From contig NC_092375.1 in NCBI RefSeq assembly GCF_030028105.1, positions 44,801,130 through 44,865,129 of the forward strand: a stretch of DNA of 64,000 nt. Reading direction: 5' to 3'. The number at the start of each line of letters is the position of its first letter. The stretch's first letter is position 1. A program made the position numbers and the translations under genes. This DNA is from Mobula birostris. Lineage: Eukaryota. The notes beneath the pieces are model-generated. The model was not told where the DNA came from. It worked only from the letters and a program-made list of their open reading frames with translations, and did not search any database. Below are positions 50,516 through 61,620 of this stretch, piece by piece.

Positions 50516-51450
50516 CGCACTCCGAACTCAGGCGGCTGTCTGACCCGCACTCAGCTGCAAAGGAAGTTTCAGAAACAACTGGCAAAGTCTGTTAACCACG
50601 AGTATGAGCGGTAGTTCCATGTAAACATTTTAAAACCACCGAGGACCCGCAGTACTGAAATTCACCGAGGAACTCATTAGTTCCTCCAAATATGTTGTGC
50701 CCAAGAAATCAGGTACTAAATAAATAAGGGGACCATCCTTGAGGTGTGAATTGTGTGGTCACACTTGTCCTCCTTAAAACTTAAGCGCTTCTGAAGGCGG
50801 GGGAGGTCACTATCACGGTGATCACGGTGGCCGTGGTTCTAATGGGCAGATGTCAAAGGATCTAGATATTTGATAACATAGGGTTGGCTGTCTGGTTTGA
50901 TAGGTTTACGGCGGGGAGTGTAAGTCAGTACTAATGTGAGCAATCACCTCCGGTGGGAGATTGAGTAACGTGTGTGGTGGGGGGAGGGAGGGTAATGCTT
51001 GTGTGAGTGTGTGTGTAAGAGGCGTGAGAGTGCACAAACGGTGTACGTGAGATGGAGGGATGTACAGTTTGCTGGAGAAGAGGAAGTGAACAGTGAATGA
51101 TCGGAGGGGCGGAGTGAACACTGCGCTTGTGTCGGGGAAGGAACAGGCGTTTTGAGGCGATGGAAACAGAAATACAGACGATTCCCCCCCCCCCCCCCTG
51201 CAGCCCATGTGCAGTACTGTGCGAAAGTCTTAGGCGCATATAGCCTGGGAGGCGGAAGATTTTTGCACAATACTGTATTTGTCAACATGGAACGGTGAGC
51301 AAGTTTGTAAACCTGGCGGGAGCAAAGGAGGTTGGGAATGGCGGGGGTGGAGCGCCGTGGGAAGGGTGTGGACAGGTAGCAGAGAAGAAATGCCGGGGGC
51401 GCTGGGTAGAGCCAGTGCAGACAATGTCAACAATTGGTTATTGATCATTA
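50516..51450 (-). promoter_or_regulatory. Probable promoter / 5' region of the Ig gene
   Basis: Directly upstream of the ATG exon. GC- and CpG-richer than its flanks, with a GC box GGGGCGGAG (51106-51114), ETS/PU.1-like GAAGAGGAAGTGAA (51077-51090) and a RUNX-like TGTGGT near 50754. A possible acceptor at 50555-50556 would imply an additional non-coding first exon. Confidence 0.5.
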
Positions 51451-53759
51451 CAGAATGTCTCTCTAGTGCTTCTGCTCCTTCTCCCTCACTCCCTTCCCCT
51501 TTTCCCAAACAGGATTCCCCTCTCCCTGCCCCCTTCCGACTCACAGTCTATAATAGAGACCCAACTCAGAATCAGTCTTATCATCACCCTCAGCAGTACA
51601 GTGCAATACATAAAATTACTACAGTACTGTACAAAGGTCTTCCGGCATCCTAGCGATAGGTGCACAGTACTGTCAAAAATAATGTTCAATTGGAAAGTAC
51701 CTGTATTCATGTTACTAATGCAGAAAAGTAATAAATAAGTTTTGAACATGGAAAAAGGTCGCAGTCCTTGACAGGGACATGATCAGATAAAGCAAATCCC
51801 AAAACTAAAAGCGAGATGTTGGAAGGGTCTTAGGAGGGTGGTCTAGGAAGGGAAAAGCAGAACTTGGGGATTAGAGCTCTTACCCGACAGGAAGGAAGAA
51901 TGTATTTGGGAATGAAAAATGTATAAAAAGCTACGAAGGAATACAAAACTCAGGAGGGACTTTGTTGGGCTGGAGGATGCAGAAGAGAGCTGAAAGGGCA
52001 ATGTAGGTGGAAATGAAAGTCAAGGATCAAGAGAGTGATGAGCCAGAGAGAAGGCTGGATGCCTGGAATAGAGCAGTGTTCAAAGAGCTGTGTATGGAGG
52101 TCTCAGTATTGGAATGGGAGATTTCCAGAGATGCATTGAAGTTACGGGGGAGGAAATCAATTTCCTTAGATGTGAAATGGAAATGGAGGCAACAATTAGC
52201 TCTAAAACATTATTCAATCTACGTCTAATTTACATTCACACAATTATCAGGGACAGATACAAACTTGCAAGGGTTGTGGGAGAGGCTGAAATTAATGACT
52301 TCAGAACTTTGAAATTTAAACCGTCCGACAAATTACATCTTCAACAGCTTATCCAAACACAAGTACTGACTTCCATTTATTTCACCCAATCTACCGTCTC
52401 CAAAATTAGACTAATTTCTTTTTGCAGTTCTGACGAAAGATTTTTATTTCAGCCTGAAACATTAGCTCTTTTCATTCCATACTTTCTGTGTGATTTACAA
52501 GGCAATCTGACTTGTTGAGTACTTGCTGACACTCAGAGCAGCCTCATTCCCTCACATACCTGATTGTAACTCACTCCCTCATGCATCAGTTAACATCCCA
52601 GCCACCCCCAACTCCCCCACTGCCCGTTGTACATGAGCATTATTTACAGGAATCAATGAACCTACCCAGCCGTAAGTCCTTGATATGGGAGGATCCCAGA
52701 AACTCCCTGTGTCGGATGTGCAGGCAGACTCCACACGGAGAGAACCGGAGGTCAGAATCCAATCAGGATGCTGAAGTTATGAGTTAGTTGCACCGCATGA
52801 AGCACCACTCTGCTGTTACTGTCACCGCTGATGAGTGCTTGCAGTATTTTTATCTCAACATTTACCCATTTAAGGCAAAATAGATTATTGTTCTGTACAG
52901 TGTAGGACTAAAGTCTTTCTCTGTCCTCTACATTTAAAGTAGGCCAGTAATATGATTATCACAAGTTATGCAAGAGTTCTGATAAGGGATTTTTTAATGT
53001 AAATGATAATAAACCAGACTTCCCTAATCTGTAGTGAAATGTTTTTACACATGGTTGGAAGATTACAGCAAACATAATGGAACAGCTGACTCTGGAATCT
53101 CCTTCTGCAAGCTAAGCTATATGCAAAACTCATGACCATTTGGCTAACAATCCCAAAAATGATCAGTTCACCTTCTTCCTGACCACAGTAACTTGTGATT
53201 GAAATGTAACTTTATGATAAAAAACCTATTGCCACAAACAATGGAAACAGCAGCTGTACCTTTGCATTATGTTACTGTCCCAATCCCCACTCCTGGCTTG
53301 AGCAAACAGTACCTTGGTTCTCTTCCCCCATTCCTTTCTGGTACCTTTGCCTGTGTTTGATATGATTTTAATGGGGTACATTTTGAGTAAGGCAATGAAG
53401 ACTTTAAAATGTATCTATCATCTACTTTCAGTGGTTGAAACCAAACTAAATGCCTGCCGGGCTCGTGTGCAGATAACTCCTGTTCATCAGTATTTCCTTT
53501 TGTTTGTAAGACAAAGCTCAGACGCAAGGAGGGTATTGAAGATATTAGCTCTGTGGATTATCAAAAAAAAAACTACAAAAGGTCAGGCACCTGACTCTCC
53601 TCGCCCTCACTGTCATGCAGCTGTTCTGCTGTCACAGTCAGTACATGCAAGAACAGCTTTTCTAGCACAATATGGGATGTTGCACTTTTTTGTCAAGCTC
53701 TGAATTGTGCCCAGAATTTATTTTTTAAAAACAACAGTCTAAGCTGTAGGTACAGTCAG

Positions 53760-53900
53760 CCACCTTTCCTGCAGGTGTTACTGCAGCTTCAGAAATTTGT
53801 GTGCTGGAAGTGCATCTTTCACTTCCTGTTGAGAGTATTTCAGAACTACAGGACGAAAGCCTTCCCCTGATTATCAGTGGCCCACCACAGTATTTTGAAA
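53760..53900. promoter_or_regulatory. Candidate haematopoietic enhancer (EICE + E-box + RUNX)
   Basis: TTTCACTTCC (53817-53826; GGAAGTGAAA on minus, an exact ETS-IRF composite), CAGGTG (53772-53777) and ACCACA (53884-53889), in non-repetitive-looking DNA about 3.3 kb upstream of the ATG. Motif evidence only. Confidence 0.35.
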
Positions 53901-54564
53901 TATGCATTGCACGCAAGTCACAGCCTCAGCGTGGTTTAGAAGGGCATCTCTGACAAGCTGCCGGACTCCTGGGAGGGAAAGAAAAAGACTTGATGAGGGG
54001 CTGTCTGTCACTGCATGTTTTGAGCTGGTTCACGACACAAAGGTGGTTCAAAGGTATTCCCTGACACAACAGCATCTAGTGTGTTGCATGACCTGCTTGA
54101 TCATGGTCTGTTTCTCCTTTTCCTTCTAGTAAATCAGAAAGAGAGATTCCACAGGAAAACCCAGTGGTGATTAGGGTGAAGGGCCAGAACAACCAGAACA
54201 AATGATGAAAGAATGCAAAAGGTGAAAACCCAAATATCGGTAAAACAAGGAAGTGGGATTGAAAAATTGAATATGCTTCCTCCCTTGATTGCAATCTTTA
54301 CATAGTTTAGCTGTCATTGCTTGGCAACCTTAGAAAATTATAAAGGCATGATTACAAAGGCCTACTAACTTAGTCCACCAGCATTACTTAATCATTTTCT
54401 GCCATTCACCTTACATACAGTGCTACTGTCACTTTATGTATATATAATCAATCTAAAGTATGTATATAAGCTTGATTGATGTATTTATTTGGGGTGTTTT
54501 TTATTATTGTGCTCTTTTTCTTATTTTTTTGTGCAGCATCAGATCTGGAGTGACAATTATTTCA

Positions 54565-54752
54565 GGCCAAGCAGCATCTGTAGGAAGAGGTGCAGTCGAC
54601 GTTTCAGGCCGAGACCCTTCGTCAGGACGAAGGGTCTCGGCCTGAAACGTCGACTGCACCTCTTCCTACAGATGCTGCTTGGCCTGCTGCGTTCACCAGC
54701 AACTTTGATGTGTGTTGCTTGAATTTCCAGCATCTGCAGAATTCCTGTTTTT
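54565..54752. mobile_element. Fold-back PLE-derived mini-element no. 3 (perfect 61-bp arms)
   Basis: 54563-54623 is the exact reverse complement of 54626-54686, spacer AG. Direct repeat TGACAATTATTTCA at 54551-54564 and 54753-54766. Confidence 0.9.
54594..54628 (-). ncRNA. Minimal type I hammerhead motif (intact core, 3-bp stem I)
   Basis: Minus strand GTC-CTGACGA-AGG(GTCTCGG)CCT-GAAA-CG-TC/GACTG. Confidence 0.7.
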
Positions 54753-55199
54753 TGACAATTATTTCATTCTCCTTTGTACTTGAATACTGGAAATGACATT
54801 AAACAATCTTGAATCTTGACTTTATATCTGCATCGTATGTGTTAGAAAATTGTGTGCTGGAGAGTTTTGGCTAGTAATTAATCTTCACATTTGGTTCTCT
54901 TTTGTTTAAGGCAGGATTTTCCCATGTCGGCAGAAATTAAAGTCGGACAAGAGTTTGGTATAAACATGGATGGAAATACAGTGCGATGGATGTCGTGTCT
55001 ACTTTCAATTCCCACCACTTGATCATGTTTCAATTCAGATAGGAGTTTATGGAGAGGCTTCCTGAATTTGAAATGCAAGAGAAGATTAATATCTCGGATT
55101 GGCTGCTTGTATGTAGTTTTGTTCGCCAAGCCAGGAGGTTGGGTCACAATCGTTTCATCACGAGTCAAGGTGACATCGTTAGTGCACAACTGAGTATTG

Positions 55200-55760
55200 T
55201 TTCTGCGGAGTGCTCGCGCTTATGTTGGTCTGACTCATTGCTCTGATTGGTTGGCTTTTGCACTGGCACCGCTGGGTTCCAGCCAACCAGATAGCTGGGT
55301 AATCTTAACTAGCCCGTATCCCTGGCTATTGGTCATTGTGAGCTTTGGTTTCTAAGGCGTCGGCAGCTCACCCCTTGGCCCCAATCCCACAGACGCATAG
55401 GTTTGTAAATTGTGTCCAGTTCAATACGCTTGTTAATGGAGTCTTCTGTTGAGAACCAAAGTTCTAAGAACTCTCTTGATTTCTTGTTTTGTGCTTCTGC
55501 CAGAATTTCTGAAGCTCCAGATGAACTTGTGTCCTTCTTCATCTTTATGTACTGAGATGAGTGAGAGAAGATTGGGATTTTTTACGGCTAGCTGATGTTC
55601 ATGTAGTCTCGTGGATAGTTTTCTCCCCTTCTGTGCTACATAGTGTTTGGGGCAGTCTCCACATTTGTTTGGTATAGTATGTTTCTTTTCTCCATGTGAG
55701 ATGGTGGATCTTGAGGTGAGCCTTCTGATGGTCATGTAGAAATGCTGCATAATAAAAGGC
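55200..55760 (-). mobile_element. Penelope-like element (Poseidon-type) GIY-YIG remnant
   Basis: KCGDCPKHYVAQKGRKLSTRLHEHQLAVK..SLISVHKDEEGHKF / REFLELWFS..SINKRIELDTIY. Confidence 0.8.
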
Positions 55761-55779
55761 CTTCATCCACCAAGCCTGT

Positions 55780-56035
55780 GCTAACTATTAACCACCCATT
55801 TACCCTAATCCTACATGAATTCCAAATTTTTCTTCTCCACACATTTTCATCAACTCCGCCTCAGATTCTATCACTCAGCTATAACTAGGGCCAATTTGCC
55901 ATGACCAGTAAATGTATCAGCAAGCATGGCTTTGATATGTGTGAGGAAACTGTGATGACTAGTGGAACCAAGTGAAGTCACATGGAGACCGTGTAAACTT
56001 CACACATACAGCACCTAAGGTCAGGATTGAACTTG
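55780..56035 (-). mobile_element. HE1-like (V-SINE) fragment, cut by the adjacent LINE
   Basis: Reverse of 'GTTCAATCCTGACCTTAGGTGCTGTATGTGTGAAGTTTACACGGTCTCCATGTGAC', resembling the HE1 head and V-domain. A weaker copy lies near 52600-52810. Confidence 0.6.
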
Positions 56036-56700
56036 GATAGTCATACTTTATTGATCCCGGGGAAATTGGTTTTCGTTACAGTTGCACCATAAATAATTAA
56101 ATAGTAATAAAACCATAAATAGTTAAATAGTAATATGTAAATTATGCCAGGAAATAAGTCCAGGACCAGCCTATTGGCTCAGGGTGTCTGACCCTCCAAG
56201 GGAGGAGTTGTAAAGTTTGATGACCACAGGCAGGAATGACTTCCTATGACGCTCTGTGTTGCATCTCGGTGGAATGAGTCTCTGGCTGAATGTACTCCTG
56301 TGCCCAACCAGTACATTATGCAGTACATGGGAGACATTGACCAAGATGGCATGCAACTTGGACAGCATCCCCTTTTCAGACACCACTGTGAGAGAGTCCA
56401 GTTCCATCCCCACAACATCACTGACCTTACGAATGAGTTTGTTGATTCCGTTGGTGTCTGCTACCCTCAGCCTGCTGCCCCAGCACACAACAGCAAACAT
56501 GATAGCACTGACCACCACAGACTCGTAGAACATCCTCAGCATCGTCCGGCAGATGTTAAAGGACCTCAGTCTCCTCAGCAAATAGAGATGGCTCTGACCC
56601 TTCTTGTAGACAGCCTCAGTGTTCTTTGACCAGTCCAGTTTATTATCAATTCATATCCCCAGGTATTTGTAATCCTCCACCATGTCCACACTGACCCCCT
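56036..56700 (-). mobile_element. Young Rex1/Babar-type LINE 3' end, same subfamily as 40361-41735
   Basis: C-terminal protein and 3' UTR nearly identical to 41060-41735. Confidence 0.92.
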
Positions 56701-57498
56701 GGATCTCAAGCTCTGAGGTAGCGGCTTTACCACCAAATATCGGAAATCTGAAATGAAAACAATAAATGCTGGAAGAACACAGCAGATCAGGCAACATCTG
56801 TGGAACATAAAACTGAGCTAAAGTTTCAGACTGAAGCCCCTTTTCAGAACTGGGGAAGTCAGAAAACAAATTAATGTTAAGTTACAAAGAAAGTGGGGAA
56901 ACGATGAGTGCGAAAATGTCTCCAGGGTGCTTTCTTTGATCCTTAACCACGGTTTCTCCTCTACCATGTCTGGCATGTTATCCCCTCTATCCACAGCCAA
57001 GTTAAAGATTGGAGTTCCCTGATACTTGCTTTCCACCCACCAGCCCCCGCATTTAGTGGATCATCCATCATAATTTCCACCACTTTCAACAAGGTTCCAT
57101 AACCATACACATCTGAATTCGATAAGGAGAGGAGACTGCCTGGTCAACTTATCCTTCCTCACCAACCACTCCCTTTCTTGCAACACTTTCTTGTGCAACC
57201 ACAGGAGATGAAGTACTTACCCTTGTACCTTTTTCCCTTCCCATTATCCAGAAACCCAAACAGTCTTTCCTGATGAAACAGCAACTCATTTGCACTTCTT
57301 CTCAATCTAGTACGTTGCATTCAATGCTTACTTTGGATTTTCGTCTCAATAATGGAAAAATCCAATACAGCTTGTGCAATTGATCAGAAAATTATCAGAA
57401 TACAATCTGCAGAAGCATGACAGTAGTGTAGCAGTTACAATAATGCTATTATGGTAAGATGGTGCTGATAAGTAGTGACTTTGTGTGCAGCTCCAATG

Positions 57499-57728
57499 GG
57501 GAGAGGGAAGGAACATTGACTCAGACCATGGGAGGCCTGCGTTGGGCATTTTCATGACTTACAAGGTGCAGACTGGAAGTCTGTGTGGGGCGCCACTCCT
57601 CGCACAGACACTAGAGCAATGTGTGGTTAAGAGCCTTGCTCAAGGACACAAACACGCTGCCTCAGCTGAGGCTTGAATATTGACCTTCAGGTCATTAGAC
57701 GAATGCCCTAACCACTTGGCCACGTGCC
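57499..57728 (-). mobile_element. tRNA-derived SINE (second copy)
   Basis: Reverse complement aligns to 28938-29159. Confidence 0.8.
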
Positions 57729-57944
57729 CAACACAAATAGGAATAATCAGATATTCCTGTTTAGGACTACTAAGCTGAAATCCACAGTCATAGCATGTAC
57801 TTCATTTTAAGATGTTTAAAAAAATCTATCAATACTCAAAATCAGATTTGGGTTGTGAATGTAGCTTCTCTTTAAGGAAACCAAAGTGGGTACAGCACAC
57901 TTGTCTACTGGTACGATTGAAATGCAGATGCCTTAGACCCTCAC

Positions 57945-58974
57945 TCCCAACTATCCTACTGGCAAATGTACAGTCTCAGGAATGTAAAACTGAAGCCCTC
58001 AGAACAAGATTGCTGTACAAGAGGGATATTAGGGACTGCTGTGTACTTTGCTTCATGGAAACTTGGCTATTCCCCCACATTTTGATACAGCACTGCAACC
58101 CAATGGTTTCACCATTCTCTGCAAAATACAGGTCAGCTTAGAATTATAAGTGTAGAGGAAGTGGAGTATACTTCATGATTAACTCATTGTAGTGCACAGA
58201 CATAGCAGTTCTGTCTCAATTCTGCTCATCTGACCTAGAACATCTAGCAGTCAAATGTTATACTATCTATCTGCTGAGGGAGTTTCCACCATCATCCTGG
58301 TAGCAGTGTACAGTCCACCTCAGCCAAAGTTGGGCTGGCACTGGAGAAGCAGGCACAAAACAGTGCACCCTTACGCCTTCATTGTGGGGGATTTGAACTA
58401 GTCCAGCTCGAAGAAGTCTCTGAACAACTACCACCAATGAGGAGTCAACACACGACCACTGTTATACCACCATCAAGAAGACTTACCATGCCATCCCATG
58501 CCCTGACTTTGCAAAGTTTGATCACCTGCTGAATCCCTACTCCCAGCATATAGGCAAAGACTAAGGACCGCAGCACAGTGGTGAGGGTGACAAAGGTATG
58601 GTCAAGGGAGGTGGAGGAGTGCTTATCGGACTGCTTTGAGTTGGTGGACTGGACAATATTCAGGGATTTATTTTCAAATCTGAATAAATACACCATAGTA
58701 GTCAACGACTTCATCAATACCTGTATAGATGAGCGTGTGCCTTTGAGAACATACCAGACATACCCAAACCAAAAGCCTTGGATGAGCCAGAAGATTCATA
58801 GTCTGCTGAGGGCTAGATCTGTGGCATTCAAGTTCAGTGATGCAGAACTATACAAGAAGTCCAGGTACAAGCTATGGAAGGCTATTTTAAGATCCAAAAA
58901 TCAATTCTGATTGAGGTTAGAGATGGAATTGGATGCATGCCAGCTCTGGCTCTGGCAGAATTTGCAGACCATTA
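57945..58974 (+). mobile_element. Rex1/Babar-type LINE, AP-endonuclease/tether region, cut by an LTR
   Basis: LPTILLANVQS..RDIRDCCVLCFMETWL; DCFELVDW..YPNQKPW; ends at LWQNLQTI, where the LTR begins. Confidence 0.85.
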
Positions 58975-61620
58975 TGTTAGCCAGAAAGAATTGCAGTCTG
59001 CAAATTGGTGAATCCGAATGAATCAAGGACAGTGGAAGAAGACAGACCAATTGTCTTTGTTCCTGCTATGTGCTTGGAGATGGAGGCTGCCATTTTGTGG
59101 AACTGTTTTACGTCCTCCATTTTGTGTGATGAAATTGCTTGGCTTGATCTGTGTTTTAAAGTAGACACAATGATGCCTCAGGTATCTGCTAAACTAAGGA
59201 TAATTTCAAAATAAGAAGTTATTTGTGAGGTGTTCTTTGGTTGGATATAACATGCAGGTTTGTCAATGTTGGTCTGTGTGATTAAAGCTGAGAACAAAGA
59301 TCCATAAATTTCCACTTGTCACTTGCTGGGAAGAAGGCAATAAATGGATGCTGGCCTAGAGCAGAGCTAATAAAAAGCTGTTAAAATTCAGACGCATGAT
59401 CTACAGCCAACAGCACTGGAATGCAATATTTGAATTGATAAGAAATGAATATAAAAGCAGCCTCTTCAACTTTGCTGGCAGAGGTAGCTGTGTAGGAGAA
59501 CAACCATCGCAGATGTGAGGTGCTCCGTGGACACATGGAAGTTTAAAACGGGACTAGGAGAAACAAGTGGACAGCAGCAGAAATTCCGTTTTAACTGGTG
59601 ATATCTTGTTCTGTTCTTTGACTGTTCGTGGAAGGACAGGAAAACTTAGTTGGTGTGCACACAAGATATTTAGTGTATGAATTCACATACTTGTTAGTTT
59701 AGACAATAAATGTACTTATTGGTAAATACAGATCTCCCTGTGCCTCTCTGATCATTATTTCAAGGAGTGATACTTGTAACAGTATTGACAACTCTGGGTG
59801 GACTCAAGTTCAAATCTCTCCATCAACAGAAGGCTCGAGTCAGACCACGTGAGTGAGAAACAGGGGCTGGGTAGTTTGTTAGTACAAACGCAGGATGAGG
59901 AATTCAGGGAATTCTGCAAGTCCAGAGGACTTGGATTGATCTGAGGGAATTCCTCCGGAAGTACATGTTGGGGAAATGGACACAATATGGGGTGTATGCT
60001 GGACACACCAACAGTGAAGGCAGCAAAGCACTTTTTAAAATTGCCAAAGGAAAATTGTCAGACAAGGAATTTAAGCAGCTACTGAAGCCAGTAACAGTGG
60101 CCTGCCTCACTGAGGATTTCAAAGGATATTGGCAAAAAGCTGATGCCAATTGAGATAGATTACAACAGGAAATGCCCCAATATCAGCGAGACACTAGGGT
60201 AGAGCAGGAGAGATTAGAGAAGGAGGTAGAAACACTCAAAGGAAAAGTTATTGCTTTGCAGGGACAGAGAAGTATAGATTTGGTGCATATGAACCAATTT
60301 CAGCCAAAGTGCAAGAAATTGGTTAAATAAATGAGTAAAAGGGAAGAAGAAACTAATTTACCTAAGAGGCAGGTGGAGGAGTTAAAGAAACAGTGCGGTG
60401 GTTTAAAAGCAGCTATAAATGTGATACAGAAATCAGTTTCCGAAAAGAGAAATAAGATTAGTGATCATACAAAGTTGCAGGACCAAGTTGCTTCAGAGAA
60501 AGGAGTAATATGTGCTTTTGGATCTGAAAGAGGGAAGGAGCATTAATATACAGATATTGATTGGCATGATTTAGCAAATAAGGTGACCAGATCTTGCCAT
60601 AAAGAGCCTCTATCCCAGGGCAATCAAAAAGAGCCTGTCTCCCCTAGTTACTATCAGAGAGGGAAGAGCCAGGGCAGGAAATTAAAACCAGAATATAACA
60701 TACACTACACCGTTCGAAGTTCAGTGAGTTAGAGATATGGCTAAGAGTATTGGGACATACAGTATATGCCCGGGAATGTCCTTGGAAACCGTTCCAAGGA
60801 ATTAGTTACCAGAAAGCAATATATGGACTAAAAGGTGCTGAACAAAAAACATTGAGTATAATGAGCTTGCATGCGAACATACGCTGTGCTTTTCCAGAAG
60901 CAATATGCTGGGGGAAACAAATGAGTAGTTAAAGAATGCGATACTGACAATTATGGGTAACAACAGTGAGGACCCAAAAGATGAGTTACGTAAATGTTAC
61001 CAGAAGAAAGGAGAACACACCGGTGCATTTGCGTCCCATCTGTGGATGGTGTTCCAAGGGTTGTATGGAACAATATTAGATCACACTCATTTAGAGCCAC
61101 AACCCACAAATAGATGGTTAAGAACATTAGTGTCTCATAGCACCGACAAATCTAAAAAAATGTTGAAACTGTTTGATCTCAGTGACCCAACACATACTTA
61201 GGAAAATGTTTAGAGCATGGGAGAAGGAAGTGCAGGAGCTGGGTTTTACCTTTAGGAATTCTCCAGAGGCAGATAAAATGTTTCCCTTTCAAGAAATTAC
61301 ACGGGATATTGGGTAGGAAAAAGTGGGTCAGGACAGAAGGCAGCAGAGAGATTGTAGAAGGGAAGTAACACTGCGCTGGAATGTGCCTTCGCCCAGTCAG
61401 AGAAGCTGTTGTCAGGGCAGTTGGCGCTCAGGTCTGCTGTTTCAGATGTGCTCATATGGGTCATGAAACCAAGAAATGTGCAGTGGACAGTTCATTAAAT
61501 TTAAATCCTACCAAAATCAGAGATGGAGTTTCAAAAGGGTCAGAATATGTTAGAATTTTGGTTAATGTGGGGATTTCATGCTTTAAACTTGTTAAATGTC
61601 ATTTAGTTGTGCATGATGAA
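58975..61620 (+). mobile_element. gag: Second, related ERV/LTR copy: 5' LTR (58975-59781), PBS, decayed gag with CCHC knuckle
   Basis: TGTTAG...TGTAACA LTR; PBS-like TGACAACTCTGGGTGGAC; coiled-coil region collinear with 42000-42500; CFRCAHMGHETKKC (CX2CX4HX4C). No pol, env or 3' LTR recognised downstream. Confidence 0.78.

Noticed and set aside
50303-51653. GC-rich ORFs on both strands around the promoter
   Set aside because: Low-complexity Pro/Gly/Ser-rich translations with no domain or supporting splice structure; one is antisense to the signal-peptide exon.
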